Below, in pieces: positions 42,949-52,627 of a stretch of 64,000 nt of DNA (position 1 is the stretch's first letter; every line of letters begins with the position of its first letter). The notes below the pieces were generated by a model. The model did no database searches. It saw only the letters and a list, made by a program, of their open reading frames with translations, and had not been told where the DNA came from. The position numbers and the translations under genes are program-made. The stretch is from contig CAJXVS010000005.1 in assembly GCA_913061265.1 (NCBI GenBank), forward strand, positions 217,006-281,005. Direction: 5' to 3'. This DNA comes from an uncultured Halobacteriovorax sp. (GTDB taxonomy: Bacteria; Bdellovibrionota; Bacteriovoracia; Bacteriovoracales; Bacteriovoracaceae).

Positions 42949-45900
42949 ATGGTTAGAAAACTTGGACAAAATTTAACTCTCATCACTCTTGGACTTAGCT
43001 TCTTGCTGGTTTCTTGTAGCAGTGATGTAGAAGATAAAAATGAAGCTGTCTCTAGCTTTATGACCACACCTGTTCAATTAGTAGGAAGCACAGTTAATAA
43101 GTCCATGTGGAGCGACTCTGCTTGGAATGATGTTCCTAATATCACTTTTTATAAATTCAAAACTTGTGTAAAAGACAAGGCCATAACTAACCCTATTATA
43201 GATGAGGCCTTTCAGATTGAATCACCTACCGGAACTAAGAATATCACCTCTGACATAGACGGCTGCTTAGTCTGGAATGAAAGAGTTGAGTTTGATTACT
43301 TAGAGCAAGAAAGACTTATCAATTATCCTATAAATATTAATGGTCTTGGCCACTATAAAGGATCAAGCTCTTTTGAACTTGCTCTCAACCCATGGCCAGG
43401 GGCTCAAAAGCCTATGATCTTCCAAGAGAATGAAACTGATCTTATTGATAGTTTTGGAGTCTTTGAGTTAAATGAAAAATCAGAACTTCACTCAATGGTT
43501 AAGACAAACTTACAAACTGAAGGCCTAAGCTTCTCTACAAGACCCATTAGTATTGATAATGGAACTAAGCACTACCCTATCGACGTAGAGTTTAGGGCCC
43601 ACCTTTTAAGAAAAGGCCTAAGCGGTGAAAGCGCTGAGAAGTTAAGAATATCAAAAGGTCGATTTAAGACCGTCTTTAATCTTTTTGAAATTGCAGATCC
43701 AAATATTGGAGACGCCACTTTAATTGCTTCAATTGAAAAAGAGATGACGGCAAAGAACTCTCTTTTTCAAGATAGCCTAGATTTTTATATTAAAGGACAA
43801 ACCGTTAATAGCGGAAATTCTTTTATCTACCTAGAAATAGAGATCTCACCTATAAACGGACCTGCCGGATTAACTAAGGAACTTATAAAAGTATCAAGAT
43901 TTGACATTGAATCGGGTCATTTTAGTTCTGCCATTCCGGTTAGTGAGAAAACTAAAGCTATCTTAAGAGTAGAAGCTGATCTTCCCGATCCTATTGATAG
44001 AGAAGTCATCGGAGAAGAGCTCGATGGAGATGATAAGCTTGGCTATTATATTAAGAAAGTTAAAGATATCAGCCGCGGAAGTATTGTTAATAATAGTTAT
44101 AATAAGTCCTCTATCAAAGTAAGAAGGGCCAAGTTTACTTTATGCCTAAACGAAGAGACCGGATCTAGTGATCAGGTCCCTTTAACAGATACAGAAGTTA
44201 AGGTTGATATTACCTTTGAAGATGGAAAGTCTGACGGCGCACAAAGCGATCGAGTATATAAGACAAACGAAGAAGGCTGTCTTAACACTTTCGCTAATAT
44301 TACTTATGATAAGTATTCATTAGAGAAATGGATTCCTTTTAACGTTACAGTGACTCCAATAGACGGAACGTACACAGACATAGTTAAGACCAGAAAACTG
44401 ACGGTTAATCCATGGAACCCAGAAGACTTTGGTTACGATACAAAGTATGAGACTGAAATTCCACAAATCAAGGCAAAAGCCCCAAGACTCTTTGTAGGAA
44501 AAGTTGATTATACAAAAGAGACAATGGATTATTCACAATTTAGAATCAATGAGTTCCTTCATCTTTCTTTAAAAAGAAAGTACAAGTTTGTTTTTGAACC
44601 TAAGGTAGAACTCTTTCATAGTTATAAAGATGATTCAGTGACTGAGAGCTTAAGTTTTGGGAACTTTAAAGTAAAAGTGTCCCTCTTTTCACCAAACTCT
44701 CCAGATGTAGATTACTATAACCCTGATCTAAAGAACTTTAAGTTTATCACTTCAAGCGCAAAAGAGATGAAGCTACAAGCTAATGGGGTTATTACTGATC
44801 TTATAAGCTTTCCCTTTCTAGTAAGTGAAACACAAAACCTGGCCAGAAAAAATCTAGCCGTTTTAGAAATATCGACTCTTGAAGAAGGCTCTGCCATAAG
44901 ACCTGTAAGAGTTGTCTTTCCCTTCTTTGGGGCCAATAAAGGCGCTAGCATGACAAGTCTGCCTTTTGAAAAAGAGATCTCTAAAGAGCTTATGAGTAAA
45001 ATCAACAGAACCATCAAAGAAGGAAAGAAGCTTCCGGTTATTGATGTAGAATCTGATCCATCTTCAGATCCTATGGCCTACTTTGTTCAAACCTTTTCTA
45101 AAAAAGGAAAACAGATAAATCCATCAATGGTTATAAAGAATCATAGATTAGAAGAATTTAATAAAAGCGCGCCTATTGCCCCATGGGAGAGAATCAAGCT
45201 TCCTAAAGGTCAGAGCCTAAAAGAAAAAGTTGCCTTAACGAAACGAGAGCTACGAACTCTAGTCACTGAAAATGTGCCTAAGATGCCAAAAGGAATTATC
45301 TCTAAGTTTTGCCGCCACTTTTATAAGTTGCCTAAGGTTGAGAGAAAGACAGAGAACTTTCAAAGAGTTGATGTCTTAACCGGATCAGCTGCTTATCTTC
45401 ATTGTAATGAAAATCCTAATGAGCATTTTAATATCACTCCTGTGACTCATATTAGAAAGGTTCTTAGCCGTAAGTCTGAGAATAAAAAAGAGGCCTACGC
45501 AAGCTATGTTGACTCTGAAAGAGGACAAGTTAGCCGTGGAAATGCCTTTTTCGCAGCCTATGGTGATAGAGCTTCGAGCGTGACTGGTGAACGACAGTCT
45601 GAAGCTAGAACGACTAATTTAAGTTATGGAATTGAAGGACCAGGACCTTATTACTTTGGTTACTCAAAAGGCCATGTTAAAGAATACGCGACCTTTGAAC
45701 AAAAGAATTCCGCCGATATGGAAGCTGCTTTTGATAGGTTTTATACTCAAAGACAATTATCAGAACTTATCTTTGATCAACTAACCTTAAAGTTTTATGC
45801 CCAAGTAAGAAGATGTGTCACAGTTGTTGGAACTCAATCTAACACTACAAGGATTCACCTTTGTGAAGAAATAGATAGACCAAAACAAATCGAAGAAGAT

Positions 45901-46185
45901 TGGTTCTTTATCGGGGATACGAGATCACAAGACCATGGGATCATCGCTGATGGTGCTTTTGCTGGAATCACTGGGTTTACTCAAGTGATCCGTGGAAAAT
46001 TCAATTACAACAGAATGTGGAATAAGTATAAGACTGACGACATCAGACAAGTTCTAGAAGAAGTTGGTGATCATAGAGGAATGAGTTATGCCTTTGAAAG
46101 GTTCTTAGGTGAAGATAGTTCAATGCCTTATGAAAACTTCGTCGACAATAGCCACCCAGGTCTTTATATAACGCCTAGGTACTAG
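42949..46185 (+). CDS. large lipoprotein (1078 aa), unknown function
   Basis: Lipobox LVSC. Uninterrupted 3.2-kb ORF. No family recognised. Confidence 0.6.
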   Translation: MVRKLGQNLTLITLGLSFLLVSCSSDVEDKNEAVSSFMTTPVQLVGSTVNKSMWSDSAWNDVPNITFYKFKTCVKDKAITNPIIDEAFQIESPTGTKNITSDIDGCLVWNERVEFDYLEQERLINYPININGLGHYKGSSSFELALNPWPGAQKPMIFQENETDLIDSFGVFELNEKSELHSMVKTNLQTEGLSFSTRPISIDNGTKHYPIDVEFRAHLLRKGLSGESAEKLRISKGRFKTVFNLFEIADPNIGDATLIASIEKEMTAKNSLFQDSLDFYIKGQTVNSGNSFIYLEIEISPINGPAGLTKELIKVSRFDIESGHFSSAIPVSEKTKAILRVEADLPDPIDREVIGEELDGDDKLGYYIKKVKDISRGSIVNNSYNKSSIKVRRAKFTLCLNEETGSSDQVPLTDTEVKVDITFEDGKSDGAQSDRVYKTNEEGCLNTFANITYDKYSLEKWIPFNVTVTPIDGTYTDIVKTRKLTVNPWNPEDFGYDTKYETEIPQIKAKAPRLFVGKVDYTKETMDYSQFRINEFLHLSLKRKYKFVFEPKVELFHSYKDDSVTESLSFGNFKVKVSLFSPNSPDVDYYNPDLKNFKFITSSAKEMKLQANGVITDLISFPFLVSETQNLARKNLAVLEISTLEEGSAIRPVRVVFPFFGANKGASMTSLPFEKEISKELMSKINRTIKEGKKLPVIDVESDPSSDPMAYFVQTFSKKGKQINPSMVIKNHRLEEFNKSAPIAPWERIKLPKGQSLKEKVALTKRELRTLVTENVPKMPKGIISKFCRHFYKLPKVERKTENFQRVDVLTGSAAYLHCNENPNEHFNITPVTHIRKVLSRKSENKKEAYASYVDSERGQVSRGNAFFAAYGDRASSVTGERQSEARTTNLSYGIEGPGPYYFGYSKGHVKEYATFEQKNSADMEAAFDRFYTQRQLSELIFDQLTLKFYAQVRRCVTVVGTQSNTTRIHLCEEIDRPKQIEEDWFFIGDTRSQDHGIIADGAFAGITGFTQVIRGKFNYNRMWNKYKTDDIRQVLEEVGDHRGMSYAFERFLGEDSSMPYENFVDNSHPGLYITPRY

Positions 46186-47484
46186 TTAAAGTGAAGGGCA
46201 AAGGTTTTGTGGATCCATAAACTCTTTGCACGCCTTATAGGTATCACTTCCCTTGACCACTTTCTCGCCAAGATCTTCAGACTCACTTTTTAAACATTCA
46301 GTTATAGCAGAACACCATCTATTATCTTTCTTTGATCCAGACTTTTCTTCTTCAGTCTTCTCAAAGATATCATAGCCCTTTGCTTCAAGGTCCATGGCAT
46401 TTTCTAAGTTATTCGTCATCTCTCCTGCCATCGCTTCTATAAGTTCCGCTTCGTCTTTTAAGCTGCTATTGGTTTCATGAAACTCCATGATCATCATATA
46501 GGTAAGATAAGCTGAAATGCCCGCCATATAATAACGCCTAAAGAGTCTATACCTGGCCCTGTTTTGAAGATTGAAGGTAAGCCTATCGCCTAGGTTTCGA
46601 CCTATCTCTTGCTCTAATTTCTTTGTGATTTCTTTATTAAGACCATTTTCTAAAAGCTCTTGCACTAAGTGTTCAGGGATCTTTAAAGGCCTTAGATTTG
46701 GGAGATAGATGGGCGGCATTCCAAAAACAGAACCAAGGTTCATAATTGAAGCGCCTAGAGTCTTCCCTAGATTGGAGCGAACAAACTTTTGCGCCCATGT
46801 TTTCTTCTTTCCAAGGATTCTGTATTTAACAAATACATTTGTAAGCCCACGGCTTGCTAGATCTTCTTGAATCACTCTTGCTAAGACTCGCTTTTCAATA
46901 TTATCTTCAAAAAGAACTTCATTCGCCTTCATACTTGGGCCATATACTGCTAAGTATAACTCCCCCATAAGGTTTTCAATATCTTTAAAGAGAACTCTTC
47001 CATCAGCATTTAGAGTCTCAACTATTCTTGAAACCTTTTGTCTTCTGAAGTAATTCATCTTCTTCATCTCAGGAACATTATCCCCGCCAAAGTTTTTGTT
47101 GATGGCCTCTATGTAAGCGATAAGTCCCTCTGAAGATGGATGGACATCTCTAAACTGAAGACCATCAGCTTCGATTCCTCTAAGGTATTCTTCTCGGTAT
47201 AAATCTATTCGTTCAAAATCAAGCTTATAACCAGTCTTGGCCTTCTTAAACTTTGACCATGCCTTAGTTAGAGTGGCCCTTTTTCCAAAGAACAAGCGGA
47301 CATCATGAAAGCAGCTCCCCACAACAGAGGCTGGAAGCCTCGAGGATTGCTTAGGTTGACTAAAATGGCCATTGGAAAGACCAATGATCAAGAAGGTTAA
47401 TATGTAGAGGCTAACAAGCCCTAATCCGCTATTTCTCACTCCTATCTTAACGGTTATTTTGGCGCAAAACTTGAGTCTTTTCAT
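46186..47484 (-). CDS. membrane-anchored hypothetical protein (432 aa)
   Basis: N-terminal TM GLGLVSLYILTFLIIGL and an internal hydrophobic helix. The stop directly abuts the convergent gene. Confidence 0.5.
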   Translation of the reverse strand: MKRLKFCAKITVKIGVRNSGLGLVSLYILTFLIIGLSNGHFSQPKQSSRLPASVVGSCFHDVRLFFGKRATLTKAWSKFKKAKTGYKLDFERIDLYREEYLRGIEADGLQFRDVHPSSEGLIAYIEAINKNFGGDNVPEMKKMNYFRRQKVSRIVETLNADGRVLFKDIENLMGELYLAVYGPSMKANEVLFEDNIEKRVLARVIQEDLASRGLTNVFVKYRILGKKKTWAQKFVRSNLGKTLGASIMNLGSVFGMPPIYLPNLRPLKIPEHLVQELLENGLNKEITKKLEQEIGRNLGDRLTFNLQNRARYRLFRRYYMAGISAYLTYMMIMEFHETNSSLKDEAELIEAMAGEMTNNLENAMDLEAKGYDIFEKTEEEKSGSKKDNRWCSAITECLKSESEDLGEKVVKGSDTYKACKEFMDPQNLCPSL

Positions 47485-47610
47485 CTGTCAAAAACATAGA
47501 CAGTTTAGGTCTATAAAACATCGTGATTTCAGTGTTATACAGGCTTATTCATGGCACCGATATTGCTCTTATAAAGGAGATAATACGTATAAAAACTCTC
47601 GGAGAATTCG

Positions 47611-48297
47611 ATGAAAAAGTCGATCATAATGACAATTCTATTAAGCCTCTTTATGCAGCCTGCATTTGCTATTGATAAGTGTAAGATCTTGAAAAGAATG
47701 CAGTCTCAACTCTTAGAGAAAAAAGCTGACCTTATAAACTTAGAGCAGATCCATGATGAGCAAGTAAAAGCAAAAGAGATCTCAGATAGATTGATGAATG
47801 GAGATGAAATCTCAGAGATTAGACTTTTAGCTGAAGCCTTAGACGACGAGGTAACTAATATTGGTGGAGAGCAAAAAGACGCTGCCTACCAGGGCGCAGC
47901 TTCTGTTGGGGCTATTATCCTCTCTAGTTATATTATGAAGAAATTAAACAAAACCAGTGTTGGCTTTAAGAGAAAGTTCCTGGCCCAGGCCCTTCCTAAA
48001 GATAGAAAATTCACAAGACATACTCTTAATGCAGCTTTGGTTCTTTCAGTGGCCTCAACTTTTTGGCTCGCTTATTCAATCAAAGAAAACCAAGATAAAA
48101 AGAAGATGCTAGCAGCCCTTGTTAACAAGCTAAACCGAATCAAGGACTTGACGGAAGAAGTCATTGATCTACGTGAAGAAGTTGATGAGCGTGAGGTAAC
48201 TTTTAATATCAAGTTAGAAGAACTTGTTTTTGAAGACCTTGTAGAGCTAGTAACAAGCGATGACGGTAAACAAACACTCAACTGTCTTTCAAAATAA
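47611..48297 (+). CDS. secreted coiled-coil protein with internal hydrophobic helices
   Basis: GGAG SD. Signal peptide MKKSIIMTILLSLFMQPAFA. Confidence 0.5.
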   Translation: MKKSIIMTILLSLFMQPAFAIDKCKILKRMQSQLLEKKADLINLEQIHDEQVKAKEISDRLMNGDEISEIRLLAEALDDEVTNIGGEQKDAAYQGAASVGAIILSSYIMKKLNKTSVGFKRKFLAQALPKDRKFTRHTLNAALVLSVASTFWLAYSIKENQDKKKMLAALVNKLNRIKDLTEEVIDLREEVDEREVTFNIKLEELVFEDLVELVTSDDGKQTLNCLSK

Positions 48298-48304
48298 ATC
48301 TTGG

Positions 48305-48323
48305 CCCACTAAGTCATAGTGGG
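48305..48323 (+). terminator. possible terminator hairpin
   Basis: CCCACTA-AGTCA-TAGTGGG followed by a T-rich stretch. Confidence 0.35.
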
Positions 48324-48387
48324 TTGACTTCCTTTTCTTTGCCCCCATTTTAAGCTTACAATAGGTAACGCTTTAAAAAGGGAAGTT

Positions 48388-48963
48388 ATGAAAAATCTAA
48401 TAATAGTCTTAAGTCTGTTAACTCTTAGCTCATGCGGGATGCAAAGCATTCCAACTGCTTTAAACGAAGTTGACGCTACATGGGCCGAAGTCCAGAACCA
48501 GTACAAAAGAAGAATCGATCTTATACCAAATCTTGTCTCTACAGTTAAAGGCTTTGCCGCCCATGAGAAAGAGACTCTAACGGCCGTCGTTGAAGCCAGA
48601 GCAAAAGCCTCTAGCGTAAACATCGATGCCAGTAAGCTAAACTCTCAGAGTATGGCGAAGTTCCAAGCCGCTCAAGGCGGACTCTCCTCTGCTCTTTCAA
48701 AATTAATGGTTGTGGTTGAAAAATACCCAGACCTAAAAGCTAATCAAAACTTTTTAGACCTTCAAAGACAATTAGAAGGTACAGAAAATAGAATAACAGT
48801 TTCTAGAAAAAGGTATATTGAGTCTATTAAAGGCTTTAATAACCTAGTCACTGTCCCGCCAACAAGTTGGTATAACTCAATCTTTTTAAAGCACGAAAAG
48901 AAACCTCAGTTTCAAGTAGAGAACCTGGAAGAAGCCAAGAATGCTCCAAAAGTTCAGTTTTAA
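48388..48963 (+). CDS. lemA: LemA family lipoprotein
   Basis: Lipobox LSSC. WAEVQNQYKRRIDLIPNLVSTVKGFAAHEKETL is the LemA signature. Confidence 0.9.
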   Translation: MKNLIIVLSLLTLSSCGMQSIPTALNEVDATWAEVQNQYKRRIDLIPNLVSTVKGFAAHEKETLTAVVEARAKASSVNIDASKLNSQSMAKFQAAQGGLSSALSKLMVVVEKYPDLKANQNFLDLQRQLEGTENRITVSRKRYIESIKGFNNLVTVPPTSWYNSIFLKHEKKPQFQVENLEEAKNAPKVQF

Positions 48964-49669
48964 GTTTTTCATTTTAAATCTTATTCTCTTAAGTTCCCTT
49001 TATGCCTTGGAAGTCCCAAGGCTCTCGGGACCTGTTATTGATCAGGCTAAGATCCTGACAAGTAGTAATAAAAGCAGAATAGAAAATGCCCTTAAGAATC
49101 TAAACCGTTCTGAAAATATTCAGATACAAGTATTGATCTTAACTTCTCTTGAAGGAGACTCCTTAGAAGAGTTTTCCATCAGGGCCGTTGAAAAATGGAA
49201 ACTTGGTGGCGAAAAATCTGATCGAGGCGCCCTCCTTTTAGTCGCAATTAATGACCGGAAGATGCGCATCGAAGTGGGTGACGGTCTCGAAGGTCAGTTA
49301 ACTGACTTAACCGCGGGAAGGATCATTGACTCAATGAAGCCCTTCTTTAAGAACTCAGACTTTGATACAGGAATCTATGTTGGTGTCGCCTCTATTGCTC
49401 AAGCAGCAGGAGTTGATCTAGGGGACGTTAAACTCGCCAGGTCCACAAGAGGTCGTCGTAAGAACAAGACATCAGCTCTTATTAACCTCATCTTTTTTAT
49501 CCTCTTTATCATCCTCACAGTCTTCAGAAGAAGATCTGGCGTGCTCTTTATGGGCGGCGGCGGCGGCGGTTTCTCTGGTGGAGGAGGCGGTGGTTTTGGT
49601 GGCGGCGGTGGCGGCTGGTCAGGTGGTGGCGGAAGCTTCTCCGGTGGTGGCTCTAGTGGTTCTTGGTAA
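48941..49669 (+). CDS. TPM-domain protein (YgcG-like) with TM helix and Gly-rich tail
   Basis: VIDQAKILT...IQIQVLILTSLEG...RGALLLVAINDRKMRIEVGDGLEG. The GGC/GGT-rich region 49553-49666 encodes the Gly-rich tail. Confidence 0.85.
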   Translation: MLQKFSFKFFILNLILLSSLYALEVPRLSGPVIDQAKILTSSNKSRIENALKNLNRSENIQIQVLILTSLEGDSLEEFSIRAVEKWKLGGEKSDRGALLLVAINDRKMRIEVGDGLEGQLTDLTAGRIIDSMKPFFKNSDFDTGIYVGVASIAQAAGVDLGDVKLARSTRGRRKNKTSALINLIFFILFIILTVFRRRSGVLFMGGGGGGFSGGGGGGFGGGGGGWSGGGGSFSGGGSSGSW

Positions 49670-49680
49670 AGGGAAATATT

Positions 49681-50313
49681 ATGAATTTAACAAAATCAGA
49701 TAAAGAACAAATAAAGAAAGCTGTTGAAAAAGCAGAGCTTAACACCCGCGGGGAAATAGTCCCTATGGTCTTAAAAAGAAGTGACGCCTACCCGGCTGCA
49801 CACTTTAGAGCTGCTATCGTCTTTGGTTTAGTCTTCGCTTTTGCACTCTATTACTTTCCCTTCTTTGAAGCGGGAGACGCTCTCATCTATCTATGGACTA
49901 TGATGGGTGGAATGTTCATCGGTTACTTCCTTTGCTTTCACAGAAAGATCAAGACCTTCTTTTTATCTAAAAAAGAAGTCGCAGAAGAAGTACATCAAAG
50001 GGCGCTTGAAGCCTTCTTTCATGAGGGAGTTCATAATACTAGAGAACGTACAGGGATCTTACTTTTCGTTTCAAGCTTAGAGCATAGGGCCGAGTTGATT
50101 GCCGACTGTGGCATCAATGAAAAGGTTGATAAAGAAGCATGGGATGAAATTTTAAAACCAATGCTTCAGGGCCTAAAAGAAGGCAAGGCTGGGGACGCTA
50201 TCACTAAAGCTGTTGAAGAATGCGGAGCTTTGTTAGAGAAGCACTTCCCTTTTACTGGGGATCAAAAAGAAAAGGATACCAATGAGCTTAGCGATCAAGT
50301 CATTACCGACTAG
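49681..50313 (+). CDS. TPM-domain membrane protein (third gene of the lemA cluster)
   Basis: AAGGGA SD before ATG 49681. TRGEIVPMVLKRSDAYP and RTGILLFVSSLEHRAELIAD motifs. Confidence 0.75.
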   Translation: MNLTKSDKEQIKKAVEKAELNTRGEIVPMVLKRSDAYPAAHFRAAIVFGLVFAFALYYFPFFEAGDALIYLWTMMGGMFIGYFLCFHRKIKTFFLSKKEVAEEVHQRALEAFFHEGVHNTRERTGILLFVSSLEHRAELIADCGINEKVDKEAWDEILKPMLQGLKEGKAGDAITKAVEECGALLEKHFPFTGDQKEKDTNELSDQVITD

Positions 50314-51250
50314 CCTCTACGAGAGTTTTCCTTATCAAAGCCGATTAAAGATGGGAGAGAGGATACTGAATTTAGTAAACTCCTCTCAATACAAAAAAGC
50401 GAAGGCCATTAAAAAGACCAGCCCAAGTTTGAGTCAGCACCCGGGCCTTCCTTACTTTGAAGCCGGTGACCCAAGCAGACCCACTATTTTATTTATCCAT
50501 GGTTTCGGAGACACTAAAGAGAGTTATCTAAAGCAAGCAGTCTCTCTTCAAAAAGACTTTCATATCATTGTTCCTGATATGCCAGGCTTTGGTCCAAACC
50601 CAAGACTTAAAGACTTTGATTATAATGCAAGTAATGTCGCTGCCTTGATTGATGAATTCTGCGAAAGGCTAAACCTTAAAAAGGTTCACCTCGTAGGAAA
50701 CTCAATGGGCGGGGCGATTTCATGCTTCCTTTATCTACATAACCCACAAAGAGTCAGCTCAATTAGTCTTTTAGACTCTGCAGGTTTTTATTACAAAGAA
50801 GTTCATTCAATCTTAGATGAGTTTCTTGAGGGAAAAAATCTTTTCTTAGTAAGCGAGCCAAGTGACTATAAAAATCTTTTTTCAAGAGTTTTTCATAAGC
50901 CCCCTTATATACCAAAGCCTGTCTTTGACTATCTCTTTGAAATGATCAAGGGTGAAAGGGATTGGTATGAAAAGATGGTGTCTGATCTCATTCATAATAT
51001 GGAAACAGTAGAAGAGGGAATTGAGAAAGGACTTCTTCTTAACGATAAGATCAAAGACTTTAATATTCCGGTGCAATTGATCTGGGGTGAAAAAGACTCG
51101 CTCTTTCCAATTGGCACTGCCAAAAGAATTATTAAAGACGCTCCAAAAGTTAGCCTTCAAATTATTGAGAACTGTGGTCATGCCCCACACTATGAGAGAT
51201 CTAAGATCTGCAATAAGCATATACAAGATTTTATAACTCAAAACAGTTAA
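50282..51250 (+). CDS. alpha/beta hydrolase
   Basis: ILFIHGFGD, nucleophile elbow GNSMGG and C-terminal CGHAPH. The start is ambiguous (an internal ATG at 50351 is also possible). Confidence 0.75.
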   Translation: MSLAIKSLPTSLYESFPYQSRLKMGERILNLVNSSQYKKAKAIKKTSPSLSQHPGLPYFEAGDPSRPTILFIHGFGDTKESYLKQAVSLQKDFHIIVPDMPGFGPNPRLKDFDYNASNVAALIDEFCERLNLKKVHLVGNSMGGAISCFLYLHNPQRVSSISLLDSAGFYYKEVHSILDEFLEGKNLFLVSEPSDYKNLFSRVFHKPPYIPKPVFDYLFEMIKGERDWYEKMVSDLIHNMETVEEGIEKGLLLNDKIKDFNIPVQLIWGEKDSLFPIGTAKRIIKDAPKVSLQIIENCGHAPHYERSKICNKHIQDFITQNS

Positions 51251-51253
51251 GGA

Positions 51254-51742
51254 TTATTTACTAAGAAGTTCAAAGCTCCAGGCCGGAGACTTCTCTGTGG
51301 CCTCAAAGTCTTCACCCAATGTTGACTTCCAATCATATTGATCAAACTGAGGAAAGAACACATCAGCTTCCCCGTCAAAGTCGACTCTTGATAGATACAA
51401 ACGATTGGCCTTTTCTAAATAGAGATCATAGATGATCCCCCCACCAGCGACAAAGGCTTCACTCTCTCCCCTGCTAGCGGCTAATTCGATGGCCGCTTCA
51501 GGACTAGCTGCGATCAAGACGCCATCAGGCGCCTGATAATCACTATTCGTTGTTATGATAATTGTTGTGCGACCAGGAAGTGGGCGACCAATTGATTCAA
51601 AGGTTTTTCTCCCCATGATCAAGTGATGCCCCATAGTCGTCTCTTTAAACTTCTTAAAGTCTTCCCTAATATGCCAAAGCATCTGATTGCCCTTACCGAT
51701 CTGCCGGTTTTTACCAATGGCAACGATAAGACTGACAATCAT
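51254..51742 (-). CDS. folA: dihydrofolate reductase
   Basis: [47 protein letters not shown]. 4-nt overlap with thyA. Confidence 0.95.
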   Translation of the reverse strand: MIVSLIVAIGKNRQIGKGNQMLWHIREDFKKFKETTMGHHLIMGRKTFESIGRPLPGRTTIIITTNSDYQAPDGVLIAASPEAAIELAASRGESEAFVAGGGIIYDLYLEKANRLYLSRVDFDGEADVFFPQFDQYDWKSTLGEDFEATEKSPAWSFELLSK

Positions 51743-52536
51743 ATTGAAACAGCTGCCTTGATATGAGGGTCAGCTTCATATCCTTCTAACTTAAAGTCAT
51801 CAAAAGTGAACTTGAAGATGTTCTTAATATTAGGATTAAGCTTCATCTGAGGTAGAGGCTTAGGAGTTCTTTGTAATTGTTCTTTAGCTTGCTCTAAATG
51901 GTTTTGATAAAGGTGAGCGTCCCCAATTGTATGAACGAATTCCCCAGGCTTATAACCACAAACTTGGGCCATCATTAAAACTAGCAGTGAATAAGAAGCT
52001 ATATTAAAAGGAACACCTAAAAAGATATCAGCTGATCTTTGATAAAGCTGACAAGAGAGCCTCTTATCGTTTGTTACATAAAACTGCATAAAGGCATGAC
52101 AAGGAGGAAGGGCCATATCTTCAAGCTCTCCAATATTCCAAGCCGAAACAATATGTCTTCTAGAGTTAGGATTCTCGATAAGGCCTTTAATCAAATTAGT
52201 AATCTGATCAATACACTCTCCGTTCTTCCCTTTCCAGCAGCGCCACTGAGCTCCGTAGACAGGACCGAGGTTACCTTCATCATCAGCCCACTCATCCCAG
52301 ATACGAACCTTATTTTCTTTTAGGTAATCAATATTTGTGTCCCCTTTTAGAAACCAAAGGAGTTCGTGAACGATTGATCTTAAATGACATTTTTTTGTCG
52401 TAATTAAAGGAAAGCCATCGGCTAAGTTATAACGTGTTTGATAACCAAAAACGCTTACAGTTCCAGTTCCGGTGCGGTCCATACGGGTTTCACCATTCTC
52501 TAGGACATGCTTCATCATATCTAGGTATTGTCTCAT
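51739..52536 (-). CDS. thyA: thymidylate synthase (ThyA type)
   Basis: [22 protein letters not shown] and PPCH motifs. GGAG SD 6 nt before ATG 52536 (the track TTG start is 4 codons upstream). Confidence 0.95.
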   Translation of the reverse strand: MRQYLDMMKHVLENGETRMDRTGTGTVSVFGYQTRYNLADGFPLITTKKCHLRSIVHELLWFLKGDTNIDYLKENKVRIWDEWADDEGNLGPVYGAQWRCWKGKNGECIDQITNLIKGLIENPNSRRHIVSAWNIGELEDMALPPCHAFMQFYVTNDKRLSCQLYQRSADIFLGVPFNIASYSLLVLMMAQVCGYKPGEFVHTIGDAHLYQNHLEQAKEQLQRTPKPLPQMKLNPNIKNIFKFTFDDFKLEGYEADPHIKAAVSI

Positions 52537-52627
52537 GAATGTCTCCAACTCTATTTTTGTGTGTGTATGCTAATTCTTTGTGCCCGCTTATATTACTATA
52601 AATAAAGATTTTTAAAACAGGCTTTTC

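Noticed and set aside
49553-49666. GGC/GGT-rich microsatellite-like tract.
   Set aside because: It is in frame and encodes the Gly-rich C-terminal tail typical of YgcG-type TPM-domain proteins, so it is not an independent repeat element.
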